DNA of 64,000 nucleotides from Nitrospirota bacterium (GCA_963701855.1 CAVPBK010000002.1:1-64000); one strand, 5' to 3'. Shown: positions 1-10,511, counted from the stretch's first letter. The notes: generated by a model from the letters alone, not told the origin. A program made the numbers and translations.

Positions 1-130
1 CTTTCATGGTCGAGAGCGGACAAGTCGATTTTTCTAGGGCATTGACGTATTCTTCTGCCAGTCCAAAAAATAAATGTTAATGCGCTACCGCAAAACAAAT
101 CGCTGAACGGGCAACCATCAGAGGTCAGCC

Positions 131-1193
131 ATGGGGAAAATGCGAGCCAACGTGTTCCACGGTGTCAATGATATACGCGTCGAAGAGGTCCAACGTCCGC
201 ACGCCGGTGTGGGCGAGGCTGTCATCCGGATCACGTTGACAACAATCTGTGGCACTGATCTCCATATCGTTCGGGTGAATACCCCGTGAAGCCGGGCCTT
301 ATCATTGGCCACGAACCTGTGGGCGTCATTGAGGAACTTGGCCCCGGCGTCACAGGGTATGAAATTGGTGAGCGGGTCTTGGTCGGGGCGATCACACCGT
401 GCGGCCAATGCCGTGCGTGCCTATCCGGACACCATTCACAATGCGGCCATGGCACGGGCTTTGAGGCCATCGGCGGTTGGCGCTTCGGCAATACTCTCAA
501 CGGAGCGCAAGCTGAATACTTGCTTGTGCCGTACGCGCAGGCGAATCTGGCGAAGATTCCCGATGACCTGTCAGACGATCAAGTTGTGTTGCTGGCCGAC
601 ATCGCCTCAACTGGCTTCAGCGGTGCAGAGTCCGGGGGGGTACGCATCGGGGATTCGGTAGCCGTGTTCGCTCAGGGTCCTATTGGCCTTTGCGCGACCG
701 CGGGTGCAAAGTTAATGGGTGCCTCGCTTGTGATCGGGATCGACGGCGACGAGACGAGGCTTGGATGGCAAAACGCATGGGAGCAGATGTGGTGCTTGAC
801 TATCGGGGTGTAGACATCGTGGCTGAAATAAAACGCTTAACAGATGGAGGTGTCGATGTAGCGATTGAGGCCCTGGGAACCCAGCAGACCTTTGAGAACG
901 CCCTGCGCTGTTTAAGGCCCGGCGGTACGCTCTCTAGCCTCGGTGTGTATTCGGGCAAGCTCCAGATGCCTTACGACGCGTTCGCGGCAGGGATCGGTGA
1001 TCACCGCATTGTGACGACTCTTTGTCCAGGCGGAAAAGAGCGAATGCGGCGACTTATGGAAACGGTGAGACGAGGGCGTGTTGATCTTCGGCCACTCCTC
1101 ACTGATACCTTTACGCTTGATCAAATTGCGGAAGGGTATGGGATTTTTGGTGATCGGCGCGATGGGGTGTTGAAAGTGGCTATTAGGCCATAA
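131..1193 (+). pseudogene. Zinc-dependent alcohol dehydrogenase (MDR family), interrupted by two single-base frameshifts (~272 and ~762)
   Basis: ATG at 131 reads MGKMRANVFHGVNDIRVEEV...TTICGTDLH. Frame 2 has GHE and the structural Zn cysteines CGQCRAC..C and QGPIG. Frame 3 has MGADVVLDY...VLKVAIRP. Indels sit in short G runs, so this may be an intact gene with sequencing errors. Confidence 0.85.
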
Positions 1194-1334
1194 AGTATTC
1201 CAGTGGAAGGCAGGTAGAGTCGTGCCCCCACGGTTCCAATCTTCATCCTCAAGGAACTCAGAAAGCTACCTGCTAAGAGCTTTTGGACAGGCGACATCTC
1301 CTCACATTCCAGGCCCTAACCTCTCGCCTCGTGC

Positions 1335-1761
1335 CTATGTCTCCACGCTGAGCAAGAGCAGTTCACCGGCCATGTTTGGATGGATTGAGCAGCGAAACTC
1401 AAGCCGTCCGGGTCGCGTCATGTTGAACCGAATGGAGGCATCCCGTTTGGGATCGAGAAATATCCCCGCCCACGCCTCGTCCATAGACGATCACCCCGTC
1501 CTTCTCGATCTGAGTGGGAATGCCCTCAAACATGGTCGTACCAAAGTCATGCCGTTCGGCATCCTCATTCTTGACCTTAATTACCGCAGAAGACCCGAGG
1601 CGGAGCAGCCCCTGCTTGGTCACAAACTTGAAATCCTTGATCGTGACCTCGACGACTTGATCCGATTGCGAGAACACCGGCCCCGCCGTCTCCCACCAGA
1701 AGCCGCATGTGATGGCAAGAACAAGAACCCATCCCCACTGCTGCACCTTCAGAGGTCTCAT
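1335..1761 (-). pseudogene. Secreted cupredoxin-domain protein, one frameshift (~1465)
   Basis: Signal-like N-terminus, then VKNEDAERHDF. Removing one G from GGGG gives IFLDPKRDASIRFNMTRPGRLEFRCSIHPNMAGELLLL*, a type-1 Cu C-x2-H-x2-M motif. Confidence 0.7.
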
Positions 1762-1976
1762 GCACACCTCCCTTTCAACCATTCACGAGTTATCGATTCG
1801 CCGTGGATGACAACAGAAGGGTGAGAGTCGGGCACCCCGCCGAAAAAGATCTTGTCCACGTTACCTGAGCGCCCGCCGTAACTTCCCATCATTACCAGAT
1901 CCACCCGCCCTTTCGACACGATACGCGGCACGGTCTCGCCCTTGAGTCGACTCGGATTAGGGTAAACCCGGACGAC
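1758..1976 (-). pseudogene. 3' fragment of a gene translationally coupled to the cupredoxin
   Basis: Open frame VVRVYPNPSRLKGETVPRIVSKGRVDLVMMGSYGG...KIFFGGVPDSHPSVVIHG...RCA* overlaps the cupredoxin start (ATGA). No start codon or 5' part is present. Confidence 0.35.
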
Positions 1977-1999
1977 CTACTCGCCCCAGCTCGAACGCC

Positions 2000-2212
2000 T
2001 TACTTCTTGCCGTGATGTTCGAGATGGGATTTGGTCGCCTCCGCAGAATGATGGGCGACATGCAGATGGTGGGCATGCGCGAGGTGGGCATAATGCGCAG
2101 CTTTCTCGTGATTGCCGGCTTCAAGGTACTTTGCCGCTTCTTTATGATTCTGCGCGGCGTGCTCGTGATGTTCGGCTGCTTTCTTGTGATGGGCTGCTGC
2201 TTGTTTTGACAT
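2000..2212 (-). CDS. Small His/Ala-rich protein (70 aa, 18 His), putative metal-binding
   Basis: MSKQAAAHHKKAAEHHEHAA...HLEHHGKK, with a strong AGGAGG RBS upstream. Confidence 0.8.
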   Translation of the reverse strand: MSKQAAAHHKKAAEHHEHAAQNHKEAAKYLEAGNHEKAAHYAHLAHAHHLHVAHHSAEATKSHLEHHGKK

Positions 2213-2560
2213 GGGACTCCTCCTGCGAATTGCCACTTGGAGTGTGCCTAGAAGACAACGTGCGGTCTGGTCATAATTGCTCACCTTTGAAATATTAGAA
2301 AGTAAGCAATTTTGACAACATCATTCCAAGTAGGTTCAAAATTAGTTCTTTTTGACCCCCTGTGACTTTCAATTCTTAGTCCTCAAAAAACAGATAGATA
2401 CCCGCTACGAAGTTACAAACTTTTTGGTACCCTCAGGTGCCTCTCAAACTCTCCTCCATTATTTGAGAAAATCGTCCTGTACTATCTTCCCTTGACGTCT
2501 CTCGCTTGAATTTCCGTTTCCTTTGACGGATAACCTCCTTGCGGCTACGTTTAGTTTCTG

Positions 2561-2926
2561 ATGGCTACCTCTGATGGAATCAGCACCGCAGATTGGGAAG
2601 TTGTTCATAATTTGGCGTTGAAGATCGCCAATGCTGAGGCCGAGTCCGACGCTAACGTCTATACGAAACAACTCATGCTGTATCTCGATGAGTTGGAAGC
2701 TAAGTATGGTGTATTGCCAAGCATTCTAGCCACTCGCGCTGACTACGTCGAAGATCGAGCCGAAGCAGGAGCACTGTTAAGGCAGGCATACACTGTCGCA
2801 GCGGCTGCGCGTGACACCTTCAACATGAAGGAGATTGCAGAGTCACTGAAAGAACTGCAGCTGGAAGATATGGATGGTGAACAGAAGTGGCTCTATTCGT
2901 TTGAACAACTCGCCCGAGTATTTTAA
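2561..2926 (+). CDS. Hypothetical helical protein; 3' end runs into the IS3 terminal repeat (likely truncated)
   Basis: 121-aa ORF whose last ~14 codons lie inside the IS end beginning at ~2882. Confidence 0.55.
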   Translation: MATSDGISTADWEVVHNLALKIANAEAESDANVYTKQLMLYLDELEAKYGVLPSILATRADYVEDRAEAGALLRQAYTVAAAARDTFNMKEIAESLKELQLEDMDGEQKWLYSFEQLARVF

Positions 2927-4166
2927 GTGGAATCTCTGCTGATTCTCACGCTGCCAGTTTAACCGTCGGCAGCATCACGGCATAAGCCTCATCGGGCGTT
3001 TTCCTGCCCAGACTTGAATGGGGTCTGGATCGGTTGTACCAGTCCATGTATTGCATGATTGATGCTCTGGCTTGCGTGACTGAGTCATAGGCATGCAAAT
3101 ACGCCCGCTCGTATTTCACTGATTTCCACAGACGCTCGACGAACACATTGTCCCTCCAGGCTCCGCGCCCGTCCATGCTGAGGTGGCAACCCCGTTCCTT
3201 GACGGCCTGCACGAACTCATGCGCGGTGAACTGGCTGCCCTGGTCGGTATTCACAATCTCCGGTCCTGCCATAGCGGGTGAATGCCTCTTGCAGCACATC
3301 GACGGCATGGCAGGCCTCCAGCGTGATGGCGACCTTTGCGGCCAATACCCTGCGCCAGGCCCAGTCCACGACGGCGGTAAGGTAGACAAAGCCTTTGGCC
3401 ATCGGAATGTAGGTCGTGTCCAGCGCCCAAACCTGGTTGGCCCGGTTGATGTTCAGACCGCGCAGCAGATAGGGGTGAATTTCATGGCCGGGGTGCTTCT
3501 TGCTGGTGCCCGGCTTTCTGTATAGCGCCTCCATGCCCATGCGCTTCATCAACGTGCCAACGTGTTTACGACCCACCTTGAAACCCTTACGATTAAGCTG
3601 GTCACGCAGCATCCGTGCACCCATGAAGGGATGCTCCAGATGCAATTCGTCAATACGGCGCATGAGCGCCAGATCAGCAGGGCTGACAGGTCTGGGCAGA
3701 TAGTACACGCTGCCCCGGCTGATGCCGGCCAACTGGGCCTGACGGCTGATCGAAAGTGCGTGGTGGCGTCTATCATCGCTTTGCGCTCAGCAATCCCACC
3801 TTGGTGAGCGCACTTTCTAAAAAATCATTCTCCAGCGTCAGTTGCCCAATCTTGGCATGCAGTACCTTCAGATCAACCGGCGGCTCAGCCACAGCGGTTC
3901 CACCAAATACGTCGGCCGCTCGCTCGCTGAGTTGCCGTTTCCACTCCGTAATCTGGTTGGGATGCACTTCAAACCGCTGTGCCAGTTCGGCCAGCGTCTT
4001 GTCTCCCCCCAAGGCCGCTAACGCCACTTTTGCTTTGAACGCCGCTGAGTGCGTCCGTCTCGTTCTTTTTGTCATCCTCTGCTCCATATCCAAGCCCTTC
4101 AAGGGCCATCAAAAGGTAGCAGATTCTCCACTTAGTGGCTTGTTCAAATTTCTGGGGCCACTTCTG
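2882..4166 (-). mobile_element. IS3-family insertion sequence (orfA ~3773-4075; orfB ~2946-3776 with two indels)
   Basis: OrfA is an HTH protein ([15 protein letters not shown]...HPNQITEWK). OrfB has the DDE core (WALDTTYI, NTDQGSQF, DNVFVERLWKSVKYE). Imperfect terminal IRs cagaagtggc-N7-tttgaacaa occur at both ends. Confidence 0.92.
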
Positions 4167-5110
4167 GTTGCCGAAGAAGCTCTGCGTATAGCCCTTCAGT
4201 AGCAAGAAACATGATTCCGAAGTCGGTAGTGCTGGGTGGGTTTATGTACTTGTCGTGGATGTCCTTTGCTGCGGTCCGAACTGTCCTGGATAAGGATTCA
4301 GTTGCCGCTTGAACGGCTTCAAGGTCGGCTTTCTCCGCAGCCTCTTGAAGGCGAAGATAGTCTTCCTGAGGAAATTTCGAGTCAATAGGGAGCCAAATGC
4401 AGGTGACGAGTTCATTCTTTGGTCCCGGCAATCGAATCGGCATACTCGACTCTCTCTGGCGAATCTGACCTCACCTGGACGTTCTTCTCATACTGTTCAG
4501 GTGTGAGGATTTGCTCCAAGATCGCTCCGAGTTGTACTTCAGCCCATGTGCCGCGGGCCTTAACGTTAGTTAGAACACGTTTGAGATCTCCTACGCCCGT
4601 GGCAAGGATCTGCATTTCCCCTAGACCCTTGTGCACGGCGTCTAATCTATCACTTACGAGCTTAAACGATTCTCCAAGTCGTTTTTCAAGTGTATCGTGA
4701 AGCTTCTCGTCTACCGTCTTGCGCATTTCTTCAAGCTTCTTCTCATTACCTTCCTGAAGTTCCTTGACGCGTGAATCAAAAGTGGTGCGGATGCGCTCCA
4801 GTGCTTCCTGGTTGAACTCGGTGAGTTCCTTAAGTTGCTTCGTCATTGCCTCGAGTTGGGCCTGCTGGACCTTCCCCATGCTTTCCAGAATCCTGGAAAG
4901 CGTCTCGTTGGTTGCCTTAAGACCGGCAGACACTTCTTCTCGAAGTTCCTTCCCTGAACTTCTGGCTTCTTCTCGTCCCGTTCGAAGTTCGTCGCGGACC
5001 TCTTTCCCGGTAGCCTCAAGTCCCTTTGACCCACGAAATAGCAATACAACAGCTGAGACGGCTGTTAGTGCGGTTCCGAACAAGATTAGCCAGAGGAGGA
5101 GGTCATTCAT
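4167..5110 (-). pseudogene. rmuC: DNA recombination protein RmuC, frameshifted (~4440) and truncated by IS3
   Basis: N-terminal TM helix and coiled coil, then VDEKLHDTLEKRLGESF...NVKARGTWAEVQL, WLPIDSKFPQEDY and TTDFGIMFLATEGLYAE, stopping at the IS end. Confidence 0.88.
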
Positions 5111-5168
5111 TGTTTACTCAAAACCATACCAAGCACAAGGAGAGATGCCCCTCTTGGAGGACAGGGGA

Positions 5169-6980
5169 CTACACGAAAATAGCTCCGATAATATCTTTCA
5201 CTTCTTGGGTAATCTTCGCCGAGTCTGAGAAGAAGACTTGTGCGGCGTATTGGTCGGGGAAATGAGCCGACAGGCCGAGTGAATGTTCTAGTTTGATTGG
5301 ATACTTGTGTACTGGGGCTCCCCGAGCAATCGATGCTATGGTTTCGTTTTCCTTTTGGTGCTTAGTTTTTTTGTCCTCTGCCATTCCCGCAATGACGTCT
5401 GTATCGTGAAGAACCGCATATGGGATCGCAAAGGCATTTAGTACGCGCTGAAAAAACGGGATCGATTGCTTCCCACCGCAGGCGATTATCGACCATTCCA
5501 ACTCCTCAGGACGTATAGTGATCCGACCGATTGCTTTCAAAACTGCCGTGACGGCTATGCTGTCCTCAGACCCTTCCACCAGCAATACACGTTTGGCAAA
5601 GAACAATTCGTTCATTGATGGATTCAACTTTGTGAACCCCTGGAACAGCTGCCGGTCATCCAGCCTGTCGAAGGCTGTTGTGTCACAACTCCGGATAACT
5701 GTTCCTGTTGTGGGATCAGGCTTGCTTACGATTGCGACGCGCTCTGCCTCATACGCGTCGATGAACAATGGAGAGTGTGTCGTGTATATAACCTGGTCTG
5801 TGTCGGCGAAAGACGCTAATACATCAAAGAACAGCTTTGACAGCTGAGGATGAATGTAAAGATCCGGCTCCTCAACCAACAGGATAATAGGGACGGAGGA
5901 CAGATGTGCTGCCTCGGCGGCGGCAATTAGCTGGTTACGTTCATTCAGGATGAGCGTCTGCAAGAGCGTGAAAACTATGCATCGCTGCAGACCATGGCCT
6001 TTTGCTAAAACATCGGTGTCGACGCCATCGTTCACCGATAACGATACACCAGTGGAAAAGAGATCTTTGACCTCTTCGATTTGAACGGCAAGTGAAACAC
6101 TTTTCACGGAGGGCATGACCTTTCGAAGGAGGTCCGTGATCTTACTCTCAACGGTGGCGAGGGATTCGATTCTTGGAGGGGCTCCCTCTACCGGAGTCGG
6201 ATTGAGCAGTCCTCTGATGGTCCCTAGTGCTTTTTGAAGCTCAAGGAATCGTGGGTCTTTCTCCAGGATTCTTTCGGACAGAGCAGACATTAGGCGACGA
6301 AAAGTTGAAGAGGATGAACGCCGATCAATCTCATCTGAGTAGTCAGTAATTGCGGAGAGTAGGTAAACGCGAGGAAGTGAAGCAACGACATTACTCTGAA
6401 GGCCTAGAGCTTGGGTGGTACTGAGATCCGGCGGATCAAAGGCAACGTCATTCTCTAGCATGTATCTCGCGAGAGCTTTGACGTATATGGTCTTGGATGA
6501 CTTCCCATCTTCGAGAAAGTAGTCGGGGAGCTTGTTATCCTTCGCGATATCGCTCCATTTAGGACGTTCGCTGAATTTCGCTTGGATCTTTGCAAGTGAC
6601 AAGTACCAACTTGTCGGTTCTGCCTGATAACCATGAAACTCCGCTTCTAGCTTTTCTTTTTCAGTCCGCTCATCTAGTACCAGAGAGATATGCTTCTCAA
6701 GGGAGAGGGTGTCGCCAACAAGATACGGCCTCCATCGTTTCTTTTCCAGGTGTGACAGATCACCAAATACGCCCTTGATGATTATCGGCGCGCTCGCCTC
6801 ATTGAAGTCATCTCGACCAAGCTTGCCTGAGCCTGCCGACAGTAAGACATCGACTGCGCGTAGGACATTCGACTTCCCAGTGTTGTTTTCACCAACCAAT
6901 GCGAATAAGGGCTTGACCGGAAATTCCTTGGAGTCCCGAATAGAACGGAAATTTTTGACCCACAACTGGGTAAGTCGCAT
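5169..6980 (-). CDS. OLD-family ATP-dependent nuclease (ABC ATPase + TOPRIM)
   Basis: KNFRSI, Walker A GENNTGKS, signature-like KGHGLQR, Walker B LLVEEPD, TTHSP, and TOPRIM motifs LVEGSED and HDTD. Confidence 0.88.
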   Translation of the reverse strand: MRLTQLWVKNFRSIRDSKEFPVKPLFALVGENNTGKSNVLRAVDVLLSAGSGKLGRDDFNEASAPIIIKGVFGDLSHLEKKRWRPYLVGDTLSLEKHISLVLDERTEKEKLEAEFHGYQAEPTSWYLSLAKIQAKFSERPKWSDIAKDNKLPDYFLEDGKSSKTIYVKALARYMLENDVAFDPPDLSTTQALGLQSNVVASLPRVYLLSAITDYSDEIDRRSSSSTFRRLMSALSERILEKDPRFLELQKALGTIRGLLNPTPVEGAPPRIESLATVESKITDLLRKVMPSVKSVSLAVQIEEVKDLFSTGVSLSVNDGVDTDVLAKGHGLQRCIVFTLLQTLILNERNQLIAAAEAAHLSSVPIILLVEEPDLYIHPQLSKLFFDVLASFADTDQVIYTTHSPLFIDAYEAERVAIVSKPDPTTGTVIRSCDTTAFDRLDDRQLFQGFTKLNPSMNELFFAKRVLLVEGSEDSIAVTAVLKAIGRITIRPEELEWSIIACGGKQSIPFFQRVLNAFAIPYAVLHDTDVIAGMAEDKKTKHQKENETIASIARGAPVHKYPIKLEHSLGLSAHFPDQYAAQVFFSDSAKITQEVKDIIGAIFV

Positions 6981-7442
6981 GACTGTTGATGTATCCGTGC
7001 TATAAACTTGCTATAGCTATGAACTTTCTCGGGGCTGACACACTCGTCGCCGCATCAGCCATCCTTGCAGCGCGAGTGTATGTCCTCGCCCTAATCGAGT
7101 GAATTAATGTCTATGCTCTGCTGTGTTTTCATCGGTTAGGAGTGGGCGTATACCCACAATAGATCACCTTCTCGGAGGTCTTCCTGCCACCACGGCAAGA
7201 CCGCTACTTCTCTCCCCATTGACTCCTATCGATAGTGACTGTGTTAATGAAATGGCCTAGGTGAATATATCCGAGCAGTTTTGATCAGATTTCCTCCGTC
7301 AAGTTGGGCATAGTTACTGCCCTATCTTGCGCGATGTGTATGGAGAGGTCTGACTGAACGGATCGTTGCGCCCTCCGTCCATGTCCCTAACACCAACTTG
7401 GCCCAGCGCCCTTAAGGGGAGCAGGCCGTGGGAGTCACACCG

Positions 7443-8081
7443 ATGGCGACGTTTAACCCTCAGACCCTCCTCAATCAAATCGGCAATGGTAAAACCACGC
7501 TGAAGATCCCTAGGAAGCAGGTTCTCTTCTCGCAAGGAGATACGGCAGATGCCGTATTCTATATCCAGGCGGGGAAAGTCATGTTGAGCGTGGTCTCGCC
7601 ACAGGGTAAAGAAGCTGTCATCGTAATACTGGAGCCCGGCAGTTTTTTCGGGGAAGGGTGTCTCGCCGGACAGCTGGTGCATTTGGCCACGGCGACTGCC
7701 GTCGATGACGCCCGTATCGTTCGCATCGACAAACAGTCGATGCTCCGATTGCTCCAAGACGACCGCACCTTCTCCGCGCTGTTCCTTACCTATATGCTGG
7801 CTCGGAACGTTCGCATCCAAGAGGACTTGGTGGATCAACTCTTCAATTCCAGCGAGAAGCGCTTGGCGCGAGCGTTATTGATCATGGCCCATTTCGGGAA
7901 AGAAGGTAAACAAGAACAGGTCATTCCGAAGATCAGTCAGGAAACTCTCGCCGAGATGGTCGGGACCACGCGCTCCCGCGTCAGTTTCTTCATGAATCGG
8001 TTCAAAAAAATGGGCTTGATTCACTACAATAGCGGGCTACACGTCCACAGCTCCCTCCTCAATGTTGTCCTGCACGATTAG
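7443..8081 (+). CDS. Crp/Fnr-family transcriptional regulator
   Basis: cNMP-binding fold (LFSQGD..DAVFYI, FFGEGCL) plus the C-terminal HTH SQETLAEMVGTTRSRVS. Confidence 0.92.
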   Translation: MATFNPQTLLNQIGNGKTTLKIPRKQVLFSQGDTADAVFYIQAGKVMLSVVSPQGKEAVIVILEPGSFFGEGCLAGQLVHLATATAVDDARIVRIDKQSMLRLLQDDRTFSALFLTYMLARNVRIQEDLVDQLFNSSEKRLARALLIMAHFGKEGKQEQVIPKISQETLAEMVGTTRSRVSFFMNRFKKMGLIHYNSGLHVHSSLLNVVLHD

Positions 8082-8243
8082 GTGCCCTTCTTCCTGCTGA
8101 ATCTTCGCGCAGGAATGTTTAGACATTTGATCGCTCATCATAAACCATCTGATTTAAGGACAGTGAAGAGTTCGTTTTGGCAGGCTGATATTTCGAGAGT
8201 ATGGAGGCTGACATTCGCGCAGGTTTTGTGGACAGCCGGCCAG

Positions 8244-8393
8244 CGGTTTAGGAAAGCGCTGTCACCACCCTACTCCAGCCCACTCAGGCTCATTCAGGCC
8301 CAGTCTAGCCAAGAGTTACGAAAAAATCGACTTTGGCTGGAGTAGGCCTGAGTGAGCTGGAATGAGTTGGAGCTGAGCACAAAATGAGCACAA
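8244..8393 (-). repeat. att-like element, copy 1 (homologous to 29212-29360)
   Basis: Minus strand reads ttgtgctcattttgtgc, then a hairpin of 10-nt periodic arms, then gcgctttcctaaaccgc, which resembles a tRNA-Arg(CCT) anticodon loop. Confidence 0.7.
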
Positions 8394-8419
8394 GCAAAGG
8401 GCCGTCGGACTCGACTTCT

Positions 8420-8896
8420 TCACTTCTCGGAAACCGTGGACTCAGATCCCCATCGGCGTGGGCCAGACTGACCATCCGGGGGAAGTTCAACGAACTCGTC
8501 GAAAATACCACGGGTGACATCGCGATTATCATAGGATAGGACCATCCGGCCCCTGATGCCATAGATATTAGGCAATGGGCGGCCGAGGCCGTCCATAATC
8601 TCCGGCATACCAAGGGTTAGAAGATCCAGAAAGACTATGGCCACAGCATCCGATGGACGCGGCGGAGTCCCCGCGTAGTACTCATAGGTCGCGTAACGGA
8701 TGCCAGCCGATGCCCAACTGCGCACCGGATGCCCCAAGATGGTTTCTGCTTTCGCTCGTGTCACGCCAGGCTGAAGGATGGTGACGTTAATCCCTTTTTC
8801 ACCCTTCGCCAATTTCATGGCATAGCAACCGCTCAGGGAACAGACCAGTAGAAGAATAAGCAGGGGCCGAAAAAGATTGCGCAACAGGAGAGGCAT
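8420..8896 (-). CDS. Lipoprotein with SmpA/OmlA(BamE/OsmE)-like domain
   Basis: Lipobox LSGC; GVTRAKAETILGHP...YEY motif. Confidence 0.75.
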   Translation of the reverse strand: MPLLLRNLFRPLLILLLVCSLSGCYAMKLAKGEKGINVTILQPGVTRAKAETILGHPVRSWASAGIRYATYEYYAGTPPRPSDAVAIVFLDLLTLGMPEIMDGLGRPLPNIYGIRGRMVLSYDNRDVTRGIFDEFVELPPDGQSGPRRWGSESTVSEK

Positions 8897-8907
8897 ACGA
8901 GTTTCCC

Positions 8908-9360
8908 TTACGGATGTGACGACTCGGACTTCTCGGCCATCCATTCCTCTAGTTTGGAATATTGATCAAAGAAAGCGAACGAGGGACCGAGCGCCTTGAC
9001 TCGCTTCACCCGGCCATCAGGCGTGAACTCCAGCCCCAGGTAATGAGGGCGAGGGATATAAGTATTCGGCTGCGGAAACATCGAAATGACATACCCGTGT
9101 ATTCGCTCCCACTGATACACAAAAATACGGTCCTCCTCTAGCCGTTTGGCAGGGTCTCCCAATCTCAGCAAGACGTCGGCGCGTGTCGTCTTGCCCGGCT
9201 CAAACGATTCAACGGTATCTTTCGTGATCACGCCCACCCCTCCGTGCGAAGGGGTGGGGATGATAATGCACCCACTGAGTCCGAGGCCCGTGAGGGCCAG
9301 CAGGGCCATCCCACAGTGCAGGATTATCCCGTTCAATCGCATAGACTTCGTTCGGATCAT
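8908..9360 (-). CDS. Lipoprotein with SmpA/OmlA-like domain
   Basis: Lipobox LSGC; GKTTRADVLLRLGDP motif; ATGA overlap with the upstream gene. Confidence 0.78.
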   Translation of the reverse strand: MIRTKSMRLNGIILHCGMALLALTGLGLSGCIIIPTPSHGGVGVITKDTVESFEPGKTTRADVLLRLGDPAKRLEEDRIFVYQWERIHGYVISMFPQPNTYIPRPHYLGLEFTPDGRVKRVKALGPSFAFFDQYSKLEEWMAEKSESSHP

Positions 9361-9743
9361 TCCACAACCACCAGGCTATGTCGCTCAACGAGATTGTCCG
9401 GCCCGAAAACAAGAATCAGGGTATTCGGGCTTGTCGGCCAACAGCGATCCGCTGCGCGACGCGCTTCGCTCTCCGTGTCCATTGGGCGCGCATCGCTGAA
9501 ACCCTGCCAGCCTTTCTGATCGGTGTCCCCGCACATCTGGTAGGTGAGGATTCGCCCCCCTTCATAGGCGTGATACGGCTTGCCCAGACGACGGAGTACC
9601 TCCTCTTTGGCTGTCTTACCATCTTGAAGGAACGGAAACCGCTTGCTGACGAGTTGAGGCTCCAACTGCATGACTGTCGAGCAGCCGGTAAAAAAGAGAA
9701 CGCACGCGAGGACTAATTGGATATTCAAACCGACGGTTCGCAT
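9357..9743 (-). CDS. Lipoprotein with SmpA/OmlA-like domain
   Basis: GGGAGG RBS; lipobox FTGC; GKTAKEEVLRRLGKP...LILVFGPDNLV motif. Confidence 0.78.
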   Translation of the reverse strand: MRTVGLNIQLVLACVLFFTGCSTVMQLEPQLVSKRFPFLQDGKTAKEEVLRRLGKPYHAYEGGRILTYQMCGDTDQKGWQGFSDARPMDTESEARRAADRCWPTSPNTLILVFGPDNLVERHSLVVVE

Positions 9744-9803
9744 CGTGGTCCTCCCGTATATAGAGCCGCTGACCATTAAGGCTGCGATCAAACCAAAAGA
9801 ACC

Positions 9804-9818
9804 GCAACCTCTGTGCCA
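9804..9818 (-). promoter_or_regulatory. Sigma54 (-24/-12) promoter of the lipoprotein operon
   Basis: Minus strand TGGCAC-agagg-TTGC matches the TGGCAC-N5-TTGC consensus ~60 nt before the ATG at 9743. Confidence 0.7.
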
Positions 9819-10511
9819 GAACAGGTGCTACTCGCCAGGACGTTGGTTATCCCGAGGATATTCAGTAGGAAAGCAGCGGGCACATCGGGAAGGAGGCTGG
9901 GGACACGAGGAGCGCAAGGGGCCTAACTATGAACGGGAATTCATGGGATCGGAATGGCTGTTCAGGGCAAGGAAAATTCTCTTACCCTAAGGCCCGGTGG
10001 CAAAAACCTTGTGAAATCTCTAGCAGACATCCTTGCGAATTCCCTCAGGATCAAGACCGGAAATCGTAGGGGCCAAAATCAACTGATTCTGGATTATGCT
10101 GGCTTCCTTCTCCTTGGACTTTTCCTTTTTGTACTCTTCTGACCTGATCCGCCATAGAGATCTAGGGAGAGGCTAATCTGCAACCTTGCTAAGTGTGCGA
10201 GTACTTCGGGAGAACACACTATCCCATGATTGCGATCTCCGTAGAGTCCGTTCCCAGTCACTTCTATCAGAATCAAAAAGAATGGGAGTACCGTTACGAG
10301 AGTTTTGATGGCTCAGAATTTCCCGCAAGTCAGCACATTTGAATTCACTGGATTCAAGGGGTTAGGAATCCTGCTGGCGGCCCCGACGTGGTCATTAGTG
10401 GTATGATGATGCCCAGGCACCGTGGGAGTATCGGAAAGCGAAGAAGCAACGGCATTACTATGAAGACGAACGGTGACGATTCACGGTGGGGTGCTAAGGT
10501 TGTAGGGTTCG

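Noticed and set aside
5169..6980. Gabija system
   Set aside because: No adjacent UvrD-like GajB helicase gene.
7305..7320. Sigma54 promoter upstream of the Crp gene
   Set aside because: Only GG-N10-GC spacing matches; the flanking consensus is weak.
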